Assembly: GCA_963802255.1 (NCBI GenBank)
Contig: CAWDHY010000001.1
Location: 299,842 to 363,841 of the forward strand
DNA length: 64,000 bases
Reading direction: 5' to 3'
From: Candidatus Magasanikiibacteriota bacterium
GTDB taxonomy: Bacteria > Patescibacteriota > Patescibacteriia > Magasanikbacterales > GWA2-37-8
The translations under genes and the position numbers were made by a program. The notes under the pieces were generated by a model. The model saw only the letters and a program-made list of their open reading frames with translations, ran no database searches and was not told where the DNA came from. Positions 38,132 to 47,945 of this stretch are shown here, in pieces (the first letter of the stretch is position 1; the number at the start of each line of letters is the position of its first letter).

Positions 38132-41100
38132 ATGTACAACGTTATCAAGAGAGCTTTCACTTTCAGCGTTGTTGCCACGACCATGATGTGGTCGGTCGGC
38201 GTTGCAGCTTTGATCCCGTCTGTGGCTCAGGGCGCGACTTGTCCGACATTGGCATCTGGTGACATGATTAAAGTGGTCGGCAAAGCCGCCATTTATTCTG
38301 TCAACAACGATTTGAAAGTTTTATATTTCCCTTCCGGTGACGAATTCAAGTCATGGAGACCGACCTATGGTGGTTATATTTCCATCGATCAGGCCTGTTT
38401 CGATTCCTTGAGCGTTCCGTCAACCTATCCGGGTGGCGTGAACTATCACCCAGGTTCTTATCTCGTAAAGCGTCCGTCTTCCGACCAGCTTTATGTTGTC
38501 CTTCCAGGCAACAGCTTGTCAAAGATTGACACAACTGTGGCAAACACTCTTTACGGCACATCCGCCTTTACCGACGGTGTTGGCGCAAAAGTGATGACTG
38601 TCGCAGATACTTTCTGGCCGCATTATGTTTATCGCGGTGCAGATATTTCTACCGTTAAAGCGCATCCGGGCATGCTGGTCAAAGTGAGCGGCATTACCTA
38701 TTTGATTGATGCGGATAGCAAATTGCGCGAGGTTACAACCACTGGTTTTACCGCCAATGGTTTCCAGGAGAGATTCGTGCGCACTGTTACAACTGATGCA
38801 ATTTCCGGTTTAGCCACTGGCGACACCATTAATGCAGAAGTTCCGTCTTTGACCGATAAAACTCAAAGCGGCGGTGTGGTTATCCCGAGTTCATCCGGTA
38901 ATGTGACTGTGGCCTTGGCCGCTTCCACTCCGGGCGCAACTGATATCCCGGTAAACGCTTCCGTTGAATTCTTAAAGCTTACTGTTACCAACACAGGCTC
39001 AACTGATGCCAGCATGACTGGTATCAAATTCTCAGCCTATGGTTTGGGTAATGCTTCTGATATCGACGAAGTAAGCGTATACAACAATAATCAACGCTAT
39101 GGCAATGCCAAAGATGTTGATTCCAATAAGCAAGCTCAAATCAACTTCACAACGGCTATGCCGTTGGCAAAAGGTGCTACTGAGACATTGGTTATTAAAG
39201 CCAAAGTTACAGGTACCGGTCATTATGCTTTGGGTGTGGCCGCTGCGGCCGACATCATGGGCGTGACTGCTGCCGGCAGTTATCCGATTGTGGGTAACAC
39301 CATGAGTGGCGTTAATGTTGCAGTTGGTCAGCTTACTATCGATAACAATGGCACTTTGGCTTCTGTTAATCTCGGAGACATGGCTGCCACTGTTGCCAAA
39401 TTCAAAGTCACCAATGATAATGTGGAAGATGTTTCTTTGAAGAGCATCACTTTAAAGCGTGATTCTGCCAGCACTGCTAATGACAGCGCGCTGGAGAACA
39501 TGAAACTTTATGTTGATGGTACCGAAGTTGCTTCCGCCCCTGCCATTGTTGGCAAGTATGTTTCCTTCACTTTGTATTCTCCTTTCACCATCCTTAAAAG
39601 TGGTGTGAAGAGTTTCACTGTGAAAGGTGATGTGGTTGATGGAGCTGGTAAAATAATCAGATTGATTCTTGATGCCAATTCCGATGTTTCAGCCATTGGC
39701 TCACATTATGGTTTTTCATCCATCATAGTCAATAACATGACCGGTGCTAATTTATCTATCAATGCCGGTACTGTGACTGTGGAAAAACTTAATGCTGCCA
39801 ATACAAAATTGGTTATTAATACCAATGATGTAGAAATGGGTACCCTTAAAATCACCGCTAACAGTGGTAAGACTGTTGAGCTCTCAAAGACGAGACTCAC
39901 AATCGACTCTGTGAACGATGACAATATCGGTGCTGATTTAGCATTTGCTGAAATCGAGAACTTGAAACTCTTTGACAAATACAACAACACCACTTATGAC
40001 CTGACTTATGTTGCAGGCTCAGATACTGGTGCCGCTAAGGTGTATCAGAATACTGATAGTATCACCTTGGCAAGCGGTGTCACCCACGAACTCGTGGTAC
40101 GCGCCAATGTCAAAGCCGCTCCAACAGCGAATAACGGTGATTACACTGTAAAAATCGCTGATGCCGCCGGTGGTGACTTGGTCTTAAAAGAGACAGGTGA
40201 CGACACTACTATCACTGACATTACTCCGAATTCTGTGTCGTTAAACAAAGTTTCTATTGAAAGCGCAACTGTGACTTTCTCCAAGAATGCTTTGTCTGCC
40301 GCTTATACCGCTGTTGTTGGTTCAACCAACCACACATTGCTAAGCTTCAACGCAAAAGCCGGTCAAGCCAGTCAAGTTAAGATGACTGAAATTAAATTTA
40401 AGGATCAGGTGGCGGATAATAATCCGACCGTTGGTGGCGTCCAAGTAGTGGACAAAAACATGGTTTCAGAGTTCAAGCTCTATAAGGGCGGGAACCTCAT
40501 CAGAACTGTGTCTGCCAACCAGATGGCCAGCGAAGAAATCGCCTTTACTGATCTCTCTGAATTTATTGACCCGAATGCGACTGCGTCTTATATACTTCAG
40601 ACCACATTGGTTAATGATTCCAACAATGATACCGCTACCATGCAATTCTACATTAGCGGCTATTCTGTTGAGGAGACCAATAAAGGTACTGCGGTTTATG
40701 ACGCTGTTGCTGAAAATGTACTCGCGAACGGTATTATTGCCGCTGGTGAGACTGGTTACACTTCATTGTTATCAGCTCGCGTTGTTACCATAGTTGGTTT
40801 TGGTTCATTAAATGTCTCGGTTGATAATACTGTCAACCTGACAAAATATGATACCTATCAACTTGGTGGTTCTACCGATATTCCGGTCGCTTCCTTCAAG
40901 TTGCGCGCCGCGAATGAAGAGGTGAAGGTTACTTCATTAAAAGTTGGCGTCTCTGTTGCCGATATTTCGAGCAGCATCAGCAAGCTAGCTCTTTATGAAG
41001 AGGGCATTACTTCTCCGGTTGCCTATGCAACCAATATTGGAGCCACTGAAGTCATCTTGGAACAGGACTTTATTGTCCCGTCAGTTGAAAAGGTCTATAC

Positions 41101-41839
41101 CTTGAAGGCTGACTTTACCAAGATTGGTCAGAATGAACCGGGCATTTTGGATGTGGACACAACGTTCCATATTAAAGATGTCGCAGCAGAAGGTGTCAGT
41201 TCCGGCGCCACTTTGGTTGTCGGTGACATTGACGCTGCTGTTGAAGCTGGTGAAATCTGTTATGAAGGTGATAACTCCGCCACAACTAATGTGTCTAAAT
41301 TAACAGGTATCGTCGCTTCAAAGATGAGCCCGGTTAGCTTGGTCACCTCTTACGGCGGTCAATCACTTGCCACCTCAATATCTACCGGTATCTCTGCCAA
41401 CGCGGCAATTATTGCTGTAACCGTTCCGGCTACAAGCAACAATAACGCCGACGGTACAGCTCTTAAACTGTCAATCGGAAGAGTACAGGTGGGAGTTGAG
41501 CACAATCTGACCTCGTTTACCGCAACCATCGAAAGAATTGGCGGTAGCGCTGGTACAGTAAACGGAACCGGTTTAGCAACATATGCCAGATTCAATACAG
41601 CTGGAAATGTCGATTTCGCATTGAACCCAGGCGAGACTGCTTACTACCTGGTCAAGGTTGTCCCGACATTTACCACGGTCGTTGCTGGCGACACCAGTCT
41701 TAGAGTCGGTCTTGATGACCTGAACAATGTGTCACTCCACAACTTCCGCTGGCTTGATCGCGCGGATGACATAACGAACAATTTAGAGGTTCGTATGCCA
41801 GGTATCAGCTCAATCACTGGATCCCAGATTACTAACTAA
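38132..41839 (+). CDS. Major surface (S-layer-like) protein
   Basis: Signal peptide, GD.IK....AIY....RY.FP-type repeats, tandem beta-sandwich domains; GGT/GCT/ACT/AAC-rich codon usage suggesting high expression. Confidence 0.7.
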   Translation: MYNVIKRAFTFSVVATTMMWSVGVAALIPSVAQGATCPTLASGDMIKVVGKAAIYSVNNDLKVLYFPSGDEFKSWRPTYGGYISIDQACFDSLSVPSTYPGGVNYHPGSYLVKRPSSDQLYVVLPGNSLSKIDTTVANTLYGTSAFTDGVGAKVMTVADTFWPHYVYRGADISTVKAHPGMLVKVSGITYLIDADSKLREVTTTGFTANGFQERFVRTVTTDAISGLATGDTINAEVPSLTDKTQSGGVVIPSSSGNVTVALAASTPGATDIPVNASVEFLKLTVTNTGSTDASMTGIKFSAYGLGNASDIDEVSVYNNNQRYGNAKDVDSNKQAQINFTTAMPLAKGATETLVIKAKVTGTGHYALGVAAAADIMGVTAAGSYPIVGNTMSGVNVAVGQLTIDNNGTLASVNLGDMAATVAKFKVTNDNVEDVSLKSITLKRDSASTANDSALENMKLYVDGTEVASAPAIVGKYVSFTLYSPFTILKSGVKSFTVKGDVVDGAGKIIRLILDANSDVSAIGSHYGFSSIIVNNMTGANLSINAGTVTVEKLNAANTKLVINTNDVEMGTLKITANSGKTVELSKTRLTIDSVNDDNIGADLAFAEIENLKLFDKYNNTTYDLTYVAGSDTGAAKVYQNTDSITLASGVTHELVVRANVKAAPTANNGDYTVKIADAAGGDLVLKETGDDTTITDITPNSVSLNKVSIESATVTFSKNALSAAYTAVVGSTNHTLLSFNAKAGQASQVKMTEIKFKDQVADNNPTVGGVQVVDKNMVSEFKLYKGGNLIRTVSANQMASEEIAFTDLSEFIDPNATASYILQTTLVNDSNNDTATMQFYISGYSVEETNKGTAVYDAVAENVLANGIIAAGETGYTSLLSARVVTIVGFGSLNVSVDNTVNLTKYDTYQLGGSTDIPVASFKLRAANEEVKVTSLKVGVSVADISSSISKLALYEEGITSPVAYATNIGATEVILEQDFIVPSVEKVYTLKADFTKIGQNEPGILDVDTTFHIKDVAAEGVSSGATLVVGDIDAAVEAGEICYEGDNSATTNVSKLTGIVASKMSPVSLVTSYGGQSLATSISTGISANAAIIAVTVPATSNNNADGTALKLSIGRVQVGVEHNLTSFTATIERIGGSAGTVNGTGLATYARFNTAGNVDFALNPGETAYYLVKVVPTFTTVVAGDTSLRVGLDDLNNVSLHNFRWLDRADDITNNLEVRMPGISSITGSQITN

Positions 41840-41879
41840 TCTTGGCCTTTAGTTGATTGAACGCTTTACACTCGTAAAG

Positions 41880-41922
41880 CAAAACCTGCCCCCGCCGATG
41901 CATCGGCGGGGGTTTGGTTTTG
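41880..41922 (+). terminator. Intrinsic terminator
   Basis: cccccgccga-tgca-tcggcggggg followed by a T-rich tract. Confidence 0.75.
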
Positions 41923-41965
41923 TGAAAATTTTTTATCTCTTATCAAGAGGAGGGAGGTGTAACTT

Positions 41966-42000
41966 CCCCTCTCTTATTCAAGAGAGGGGTTAGGGGAGAG
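41966..42000 (+). repeat. REP-like palindrome
   Basis: cccctctctt-attc-aagagagggg-ttaggggagag. Confidence 0.5.
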
Positions 42001-42118
42001 TCGAGTTATCCACAGATTTTAAAATTATTTAGCGCGCGATGTGATATAATATTTACATTGAAGGAGGAGGGGGAGAAACAATCCTTTACAATAGGATTGT
42101 TTTTTTAAAAAAATATGT

Positions 42119-42646
42119 ATGTCAAAAAAATTATTTTTAACAGCCGTCATAGTTTTGGTAGCAGTAATATTCGGTTTAGCTTCATATCGCTATATATACA
42201 TGCCTTGGCGTGAAGTTAAGCAGAAAAAAATATCGCTCGGCTTGGCCCGGGCTAATTTTCCATATCGTGATTACAGTGAAGAGGATCTTGGGAAAATGTA
42301 TCCACAAGTTCAAAACGCGGATGTAAAGACGCGGGTTACACCGGAAGAAACATACGCCATATTCCGGCAGGGTTTGAAAGATAATGATTTAGCAATGGTT
42401 TTAGGCCAGCTGTACAAAGATTCGTCGCGCTATGAAGGCAATGTGACCAGTATTTCTCAGGCATATGAAGATGGAAGATTTAGTGAGATTTATGAGAAAT
42501 ATCCGGAGGTGATTGAAAATGTTTGGCTTGATGATGCATTATGCTCAATATATGTATGTCTATATTGAAAATGTCAAAGAATTATTCATATATCAATTGA
42601 ATTTATAAAGAATTCTGAAGGTAATTGGCTGTTAGACACACTTTAA
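42119..42646 (+). CDS. Hypothetical exported protein with a disrupted 3' part
   Basis: TM helix plus TPEETY..F...LK..D; after TGA 42566 the same frame resumes with IEFIKNSEGNWLLDTL*, implying compensating indels. Confidence 0.6.
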
Positions 42647-42648
42647 TC

Positions 42649-42676
42649 CGTCATTCTCGCGAAAGCGGGAATCCAG
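42649..42676 (+). repeat. GTCAT-tagged palindromic repeat
   Basis: CGTCATTCTCGC-GAAA-GCGGGAATCCAG; near-identical inverted copy at 53341-53368. Confidence 0.75.
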
Positions 42677-42687
42677 TTATTAAATAT

Positions 42688-45366
42688 ATGAGGAGGAGGG
42701 GAGAGAAAATAACCATTTTAGCGGTTTTGTTGCTTCTGGTTATTTTTTTATTTCAAAAAGTACTAACATATGACACGAATATTGCGCATCCGTATTTGAC
42801 GGAAAATATCATAGAGTTGTACGAAAGACAATTCGGTGACAAGATTTCAGATGCTGACGAACAACAAATCTTGCTTGGTTCAATGGATGAGGATACGCCG
42901 ATTCGCTGGATGAATCATTTTTATGAACCAAATCAAAACATCGGGCTACTGGGTTTTCAAACAGCCAAAGATTGGGCGCAAGACGGCAGTTCACAATCTG
43001 CGTATGCCAGAGGCGATCAGTCGTGGCAGACAGCGCTAGATGCTTATGCCGGCGGAAATAACCAGAAAGCATTCAAAGCCCTTGGCCATGTTTTGCATCT
43101 GATTGAGGATATGACTGTGCCGGCGCATACGCGGTTGGATATTCATGTTTTTAACGGTGGCGATCCGTATGAATCATGGGCAAAAAGTAATTAGCCGAGT
43201 ATTAAGGTAAATAATATTTATTATACAAAATATTTAGATTCATATTTTTTAGGTTTAGCAAATTTTTCTAATCAATAATTTTTTCAGTAAAGATACGAGT
43301 TGAAGAAATTATTTCTCTATATTCAGTATACTAAAGCGTGGCGTTGATGGTAATTTTATCGATTGTTTAGAAGCAGAAGTTGATGAATGATACATATTGT
43401 TTATTACAAAGTAAAAACTGACAATTTTAATCAAATGAAGTATTCCTTCGACGACACTGTTCACTCCGACTACTTCTCCCTCCTCGCTCCAAAGGCAGTT
43501 TCATACGGCGCCGGAGTAATTCAGCTATTTTTTGAACAAGCTGAAAAATTAAAACTGGAAAAAACGAATAGAATAAATAATTTGTTTCAGGAGTTGTTAA
43601 AATATTATCAGAAATATTTTGGTGAAAATTTGGTCAGTTCCGCTTATGCGTATGATTATTCTTCCTATCCGCGCTTACTTATTCAATCTTTTCCATCTGT
43701 TGTGATGGCGTCTTCGCCGCAATCGGCAGAAAAAGCAACTATAACGCCAATCCCGGTGATTATTTCAACAACAAAGTCTTCATCTTCAAGTATCCAAAAA
43801 ATACCTATAAATACTGAAACAGTTATTTTACCGCCCCCGTTTATTCCGGAATCGCCGCTTAATGACGAAGAAAAAAAATTGCTTGCCGTCTTGGGAATTC
43901 CGGTCGGAGCCACCACAAATGGTCCGAAATCGCCGGAAAATGAAATAGCTGAAGAGCCGGAAGATCCAATAGAGGAAGAAATAGAACCGCCGGCATTGCC
44001 ACCTGAGCCGGTTCAATGGGCCACACCAGAATATGATGAATTATTTTTGTCACCAGTATTTACTTCGTCAACTGGGATAAACATTTATGGTAGTTGCGCG
44101 GCAGATACTCAATCAGTTTTTTCGCATTTTGCTTTGGCTGAAGAAGAAATACCGCAGTATGTTATTTCCACAACCACGGTAAGTGGTACAGTGTGGTCGG
44201 TAGAAGTTCCATTATTGCCGGGTGATAATTTTTTCTTTTTTTCTGCTATCGGTCCGGCAACCTCTACAACTTCCACAATGTCATCGTCAACACAAATAAT
44301 TTTTGATAACACTGCCCCGTCTCTCCCGCTAATAACTGCCGGTGCCACCACCACAACCGGCACTTCAACTCTGATACGAATTGATTATTCTTCAGAGGAG
44401 GAATCGTCATTACCAATTTTGTACGACCTCGGTTATGCAACAGGCGGAACGGATTGGCTGGATATTTTTTCATTTTCAACAAGCACCGGCTATGATTTTT
44501 TTACCACCTCTTCGGGTGAATATTTTTTTCGTGCCCGTGCTTCAGATTCTCTCGGAAATTATTCAGATTGGTCGACAACATCGGTTACTGTTGCGGGGGC
44601 ATCAATTGAATATAATTATTTGAGCGGCGCGCAGGAAGAGCCGGAAGTAATTTTAACTAAAGAGGGGAGTCCGTATATTTTACAAATTTATTCTGTGCCG
44701 GCCGGTAAAAGTTTGCGGGTTCAACCGGGTGTTGTGATAAAGGGATTTGATAAAAAATCACGCATTGAGGTTAAAGGGTCCTTGATTGTTGAAGGAACAG
44801 CGGAAGAGCATGTCGTTTTTACATCAGTTCAAGATCGCAATTTTAGCGATGAAAAATTTAATGCGCCATCGCTTGGCAAAGTACAATCTCCCGGTTCATG
44901 GGATTGGGTCGGGGTATGGTTTAATTCCGGAGGCACCGGAATGATTAATTTTGCCGATTTCCGCTACTCGGGTTCTGATCCGTATTTATGCGCTGCCGCG
45001 CTCGCCACTTGCGGATATTTTAGCCGTACAATATATCTTGATACCGCCTCGGCGACAATTAACAATTCAACTTTTGAATATGGTGGTAATGTGGTGATTG
45101 TTTCTGAAGACTCTTCGTTGTCAATTTCAAATTCAATCTTGGATGGTTTATTAAATTACCCCTCTGAATATGCGCAAATATCCGGAATATATATTAAGCG
45201 CGGTGCCTTGAATTTGGATTCCGTATATTTACACAATCTGAACACCGGAATTTTGTCGGATAACCGCTCATATCTTTGGCCTGCCATCACTACTGAAAAT
45301 TTCTCGGCTGATAATTTTATCAATGTCGCCATACCGATAAGCCCGGCGGGATTATTAGCCATATAA
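42688..45366 (+). pseudogene. Disrupted (or mis-assembled) surface protein: Zn-dependent phospholipase C/P1 nuclease-like domain, Ig/FN3 domains, beta-helix
   Basis: YD..IAHPYLT, GS.DED, NHFY.P, LGH.LHLIEDM.VPAH, D.YE.W; the gap 43195-43386 still encodes LDSYFLGLANFSN and NNFFSKDT across stops and indels; C-terminal SPY..V.AG..L.V.PGV.IK. Confidence 0.6.
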
Positions 45367-45395
45367 CATCGCTAAAATTAGCCAAAATTTGACAG

Positions 45396-45424
45396 TTTAC
45401 ATACATGCTGAAAAAGGGTATAAT
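45396..45424 (+). promoter_or_regulatory. sigma70 promoter for the small RNA
   Basis: TTTACA-N17-TATAAT. Confidence 0.65.
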
Positions 45425-45429
45425 AAAGA

Positions 45430-45563
45430 TGTTTCTGACAAGCGGCAAAAACTGTTCTACAAAACAACATGTGTCGGTTCGCCAACATTTGCTACGCCTG
45501 TGGGTTTAGCGTGCGGCTTACCACCTATACATTAGGGACATGTTGAGCCCTTCTCAGAAACAC
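45430..45563 (+). ncRNA. Probable 6S-like RNA
   Basis: Has its own promoter and terminator and no ORF; closing stem tgtttctga/tcagaaaca, A-rich bubble, inner stem caacatgt/acatgttg. Confidence 0.55.
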
Positions 45564-45564
45564 T

Positions 45565-45592
45565 AAAAAACCCGGCTGTGAGCGGGGTTTTT
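45565..45592. terminator. Bidirectional intrinsic terminator
   Basis: aaaaaacccggct-gtg-agcggggtttttt. Confidence 0.7.
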
Positions 45593-45618
45593 TAATTATG
45601 TTTTTGGTCTTTTTTTGA

Positions 45619-46149
45619 TTATTCAATGCAGCAGTCAAGTGCTTTTTTTACCAGCGCGCCCAGTTTTCCCAGAAATCCTTTTTTTTCGGTATCATGGCGG
45701 TTGATTGCCTGATCATCAATTTTTTTTACATCTTCGGTTTTGATCAACTTCATGTTGATACCCCAAAATAAAGAATAAAGATCAAAAGATTTTTTGAACA
45801 AATCTTCAGCCTCTTCTTTGTTTCCCATTTTGTGTTGTTTAGTGCCGACTTCCATTAGACGCATTGAAGCGGCGAGCAAGTGTTTGGATATACACCAGAC
45901 CTCGCCTTCATATTCTTTAATAATTTTTCGTAAGAGGTCGCCACGCATTTTTCTTACCTCCTGCAGTAAATCATAATATTCGCTCTTGCCGGTTTTATTA
46001 GCAGTGAAAAAGAAATGTTCTTCAATGCTCACCAGATTCATAATGGCGATAGAGAGGTCTTGATCAGAAGACAAATCCATCTTGTCTTGCTTTTTCATTT
46101 GGTCCACTTTTTCCACCAGTTCCTGATAATTTTTTAATTCGTTTTCCAT
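45619..46149 (-). CDS. Hypothetical helical protein with conserved-looking Cys/His motifs
   Basis: EEHFFFT, WCISKHLL, C-terminal DCCIE; start MENELK (the ATG at 46164 lies inside a repeat). Confidence 0.75.
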   Translation of the reverse strand: MENELKNYQELVEKVDQMKKQDKMDLSSDQDLSIAIMNLVSIEEHFFFTANKTGKSEYYDLLQEVRKMRGDLLRKIIKEYEGEVWCISKHLLAASMRLMEVGTKQHKMGNKEEAEDLFKKSFDLYSLFWGINMKLIKTEDVKKIDDQAINRHDTEKKGFLGKLGALVKKALDCCIE

Positions 46150-46157
46150 AGTGTTAT

Positions 46158-46569
46158 TTGTCATCCTGAACTTGTTTCAGGATTTTTAATATTTTTTTAT
46201 TGATTCATTGTCATCCTGAACTTGTTTCAGGATCTTTGAAGCAGTCCCAATCAGCGGATAAATCTTTAAAATCAGCATTGTTTGACTTTATAAGACTCAT
46301 TTTCCACTGGCGGTGCCAATTTTTCAGCTGTTTTTCTCTGCTGATCGCGTGCTTTGGTTCTGTAAAAGTTTCGTAGTAAACTAGCTTTTCTTAGATTATA
46401 TCTTTTTGTGAATCCTTCATTTATTCCATTTTTGTGTTCCCAGATTCGTCGTTCCAGATTATTGGTTATTCCGACGTACAGTGTTGTATTGGTGAAATTT
46501 GTAAGTATGTACACGTAGAAAGTATTCCTCCCCATAATTGATAGATGCTGAAACAAGTTCAGCATGACA
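46158..46569. repeat. Three GTCAT-tagged palindromes bracketing the GIY-YIG gene
   Basis: TTGTCATCCTGAACTTGTTTCAGGAT at 46158-46183 and 46208-46233; inverted variant TGTCATGCTGAACTTGTTTCAGCATCT at 46543-46569. Confidence 0.9.
46211..46535 (-). CDS. Small GIY-YIG nuclease (one-base frameshift at about 46387)
   Basis: FYVYILTN....LYVGITNNLERRIWEHK..GFTKRYN; after the shift KLVYYE.F.....AISREKQLKNWHRQWK..LI...N..FKDL..KDPETSSG*. Confidence 0.85.
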
Positions 46570-46578
46570 TGGCGCAAG

Positions 46579-47082
46579 CTATCTTGTAATAAAATAAAAT
46601 ATTGCTGAAAGTAGAGCGAGCACGGCGACAGGCAATACTACTTTTTCATAGGGAAAGTGTGCTTTGCCGTGGTTTTTAATTTTTAGATAATCGTAAAGTT
46701 TTGTGGTGATAGCAAATGCGACACTGCCGATTATTACGCCCAGAACAAATTTATCCACACCCCAGAGTTTATTATATGGGTGGCCGGTTATTCCCATGTA
46801 GTAGAGTGGGATAAAGGTTAGTCCATAATAAAATATTGCCACCAGAATCTTTCGTCCGTAAAATTTGAGATTTTTTTTGTCTAGTAAATTTATTGTCCAA
46901 AAAGTAATGGAAGCAATCAGTGCACCCGACCAAAGCCCTGTGACAGTATCATCTATTCCAAGCCAGCGTGAAAGCCCAAGACCGCCGGCAACTGCAACTG
47001 TGCAGACAGGACAAATAGCTTTAGCCGGAAGTGCAAAAAATAACGGTCCGATAATAGCAAGTATTTTTATTATTTTTTTCAT
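46579..47082 (-). CDS. Membrane protein with an N-terminal CPVC motif
   Basis: Signal peptide ending A.A, then ICPVCTVAV, GIDD..GLW.G, 4-5 TM helices. Confidence 0.75.
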   Translation of the reverse strand: MKKIIKILAIIGPLFFALPAKAICPVCTVAVAGGLGLSRWLGIDDTVTGLWSGALIASITFWTINLLDKKNLKFYGRKILVAIFYYGLTFIPLYYMGITGHPYNKLWGVDKFVLGVIIGSVAFAITTKLYDYLKIKNHGKAHFPYEKVVLPVAVLALLSAIFYFITR

Positions 47083-47123
47083 GATATTTCTAGATTGCAA
47101 TGGTAGTATAGCCGGATGGCGAA

Positions 47124-47516
47124 TTATAACCGGCCTTGGAAATAATTTATGATATCTTGATCGCCGACATAGCATGTACCTTTGTCGTAAAGCAGGGGAA
47201 CACCAACCGAAGTCAGGTCTAAATCGCATAGAGCCGCCCGCGTCATCAGTTCATTATTGTTTTTTATATTGTTCAGAACCTCTTTGTGTTCAACTTTTAT
47301 TTTTTCCTCCACCTTATTCTCATACAGATATTGCTCGACAATTTTGCAGTGAGGGCAATCCTCGCGGTAGTAAAGCGACAAAGCGCTTGTCGGGTCGCTA
47401 AAATTATTTTTAGCGTTTGTATTAGTGTCCTTGGTGATAAACCAAACCAAAACCAGGGATACAAGAGCTACGGTGATAATTAATAATACATTTTGAGCAG
47501 TAGTTGGTTTTTTCAT
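47124..47516 (-). CDS. Membrane-anchored glutaredoxin/thioredoxin-fold protein
   Basis: TM helix, YY...CPHC, GVP, GDQDI. Confidence 0.8.
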   Translation of the reverse strand: MKKPTTAQNVLLIITVALVSLVLVWFITKDTNTNAKNNFSDPTSALSLYYREDCPHCKIVEQYLYENKVEEKIKVEHKEVLNNIKNNNELMTRAALCDLDLTSVGVPLLYDKGTCYVGDQDIINYFQGRL

Positions 47517-47575
47517 ATTTTGAAGCTAAATGTGGTCATATTTTATCAGATTAATCATGCTTTGCATAGAGGATA

Positions 47576-47600
47576 AAAAATCCGCCCTTGGGGCGGATTT
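47576..47600 (-). terminator. Intrinsic terminator after rpmB
   Basis: aaaatccgccc-ttg-gggcggatttt. Confidence 0.7.
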
Positions 47601-47639
47601 TGCTTTAGTAAATTTTCACCCCAATCGGTCAAAATAGAT

Positions 47640-47819
47640 TTAAGCAGCCAATTTTTTGCGTAAAGTCCTGCGACAGGTCGTGCATGCTTTCACTTTGGCT
47701 CCGGACATTTTTACAGTCTGCAAATTCGGTTTTTGGTGTCGCGGTGTCTTGATATTTGAGTGTGATACATGGTTGGCTCTGGCCGCTGATTTACCGCAAA
47801 GATTGCAAGTTCGGCTCAT
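47640..47819 (-). CDS. rpmB: 50S ribosomal protein L28 (59 aa, not in the ORF track)
   Basis: Manual translation MSRTCNLCGKSAARANHVSHSNIKTPRHQKPNLQTVKMSGAKVKACTTCRRTLRKKLAA*. Confidence 0.93.
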   Translation of the reverse strand: MSRTCNLCGKSAARANHVSHSNIKTPRHQKPNLQTVKMSGAKVKACTTCRRTLRKKLAA

Positions 47820-47883
47820 ATTGAATTTATAGCTAAAATAAGTTACAATAAACGCATTATATACAGATTAATGTATATTGTCA

Positions 47884-47937
47884 ACCCTGTTAAATCCTCG
47901 CGAAGCGAGGACCGTCTTCGGCGGTATTTAACAGGGT
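47884..47937. repeat. Short branched palindromic element
   Basis: accctgttaaat/atttaacagggt enclosing cctcgc-gaa-gcgagg and a second hairpin with a TTCG loop. Confidence 0.7.
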
Positions 47938-47945
47938 CAATAGTT

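Noticed and set aside
42006-42014. Perfect DnaA box TTATCCACA as oriC
   Set aside because: Single box with no cluster and no dnaA nearby.
42566-42568. In-frame TGA as stop-codon recoding (code 25) or selenocysteine
   Set aside because: Trp is TGG and TGA ends other genes here (e.g. 15839, 29498); flanking compensating indels explain it.
42540-43390. Diversity-generating retroelement target
   Set aside because: No reverse transcriptase or template/variable repeat pair is visible, and the damage is mainly indels.
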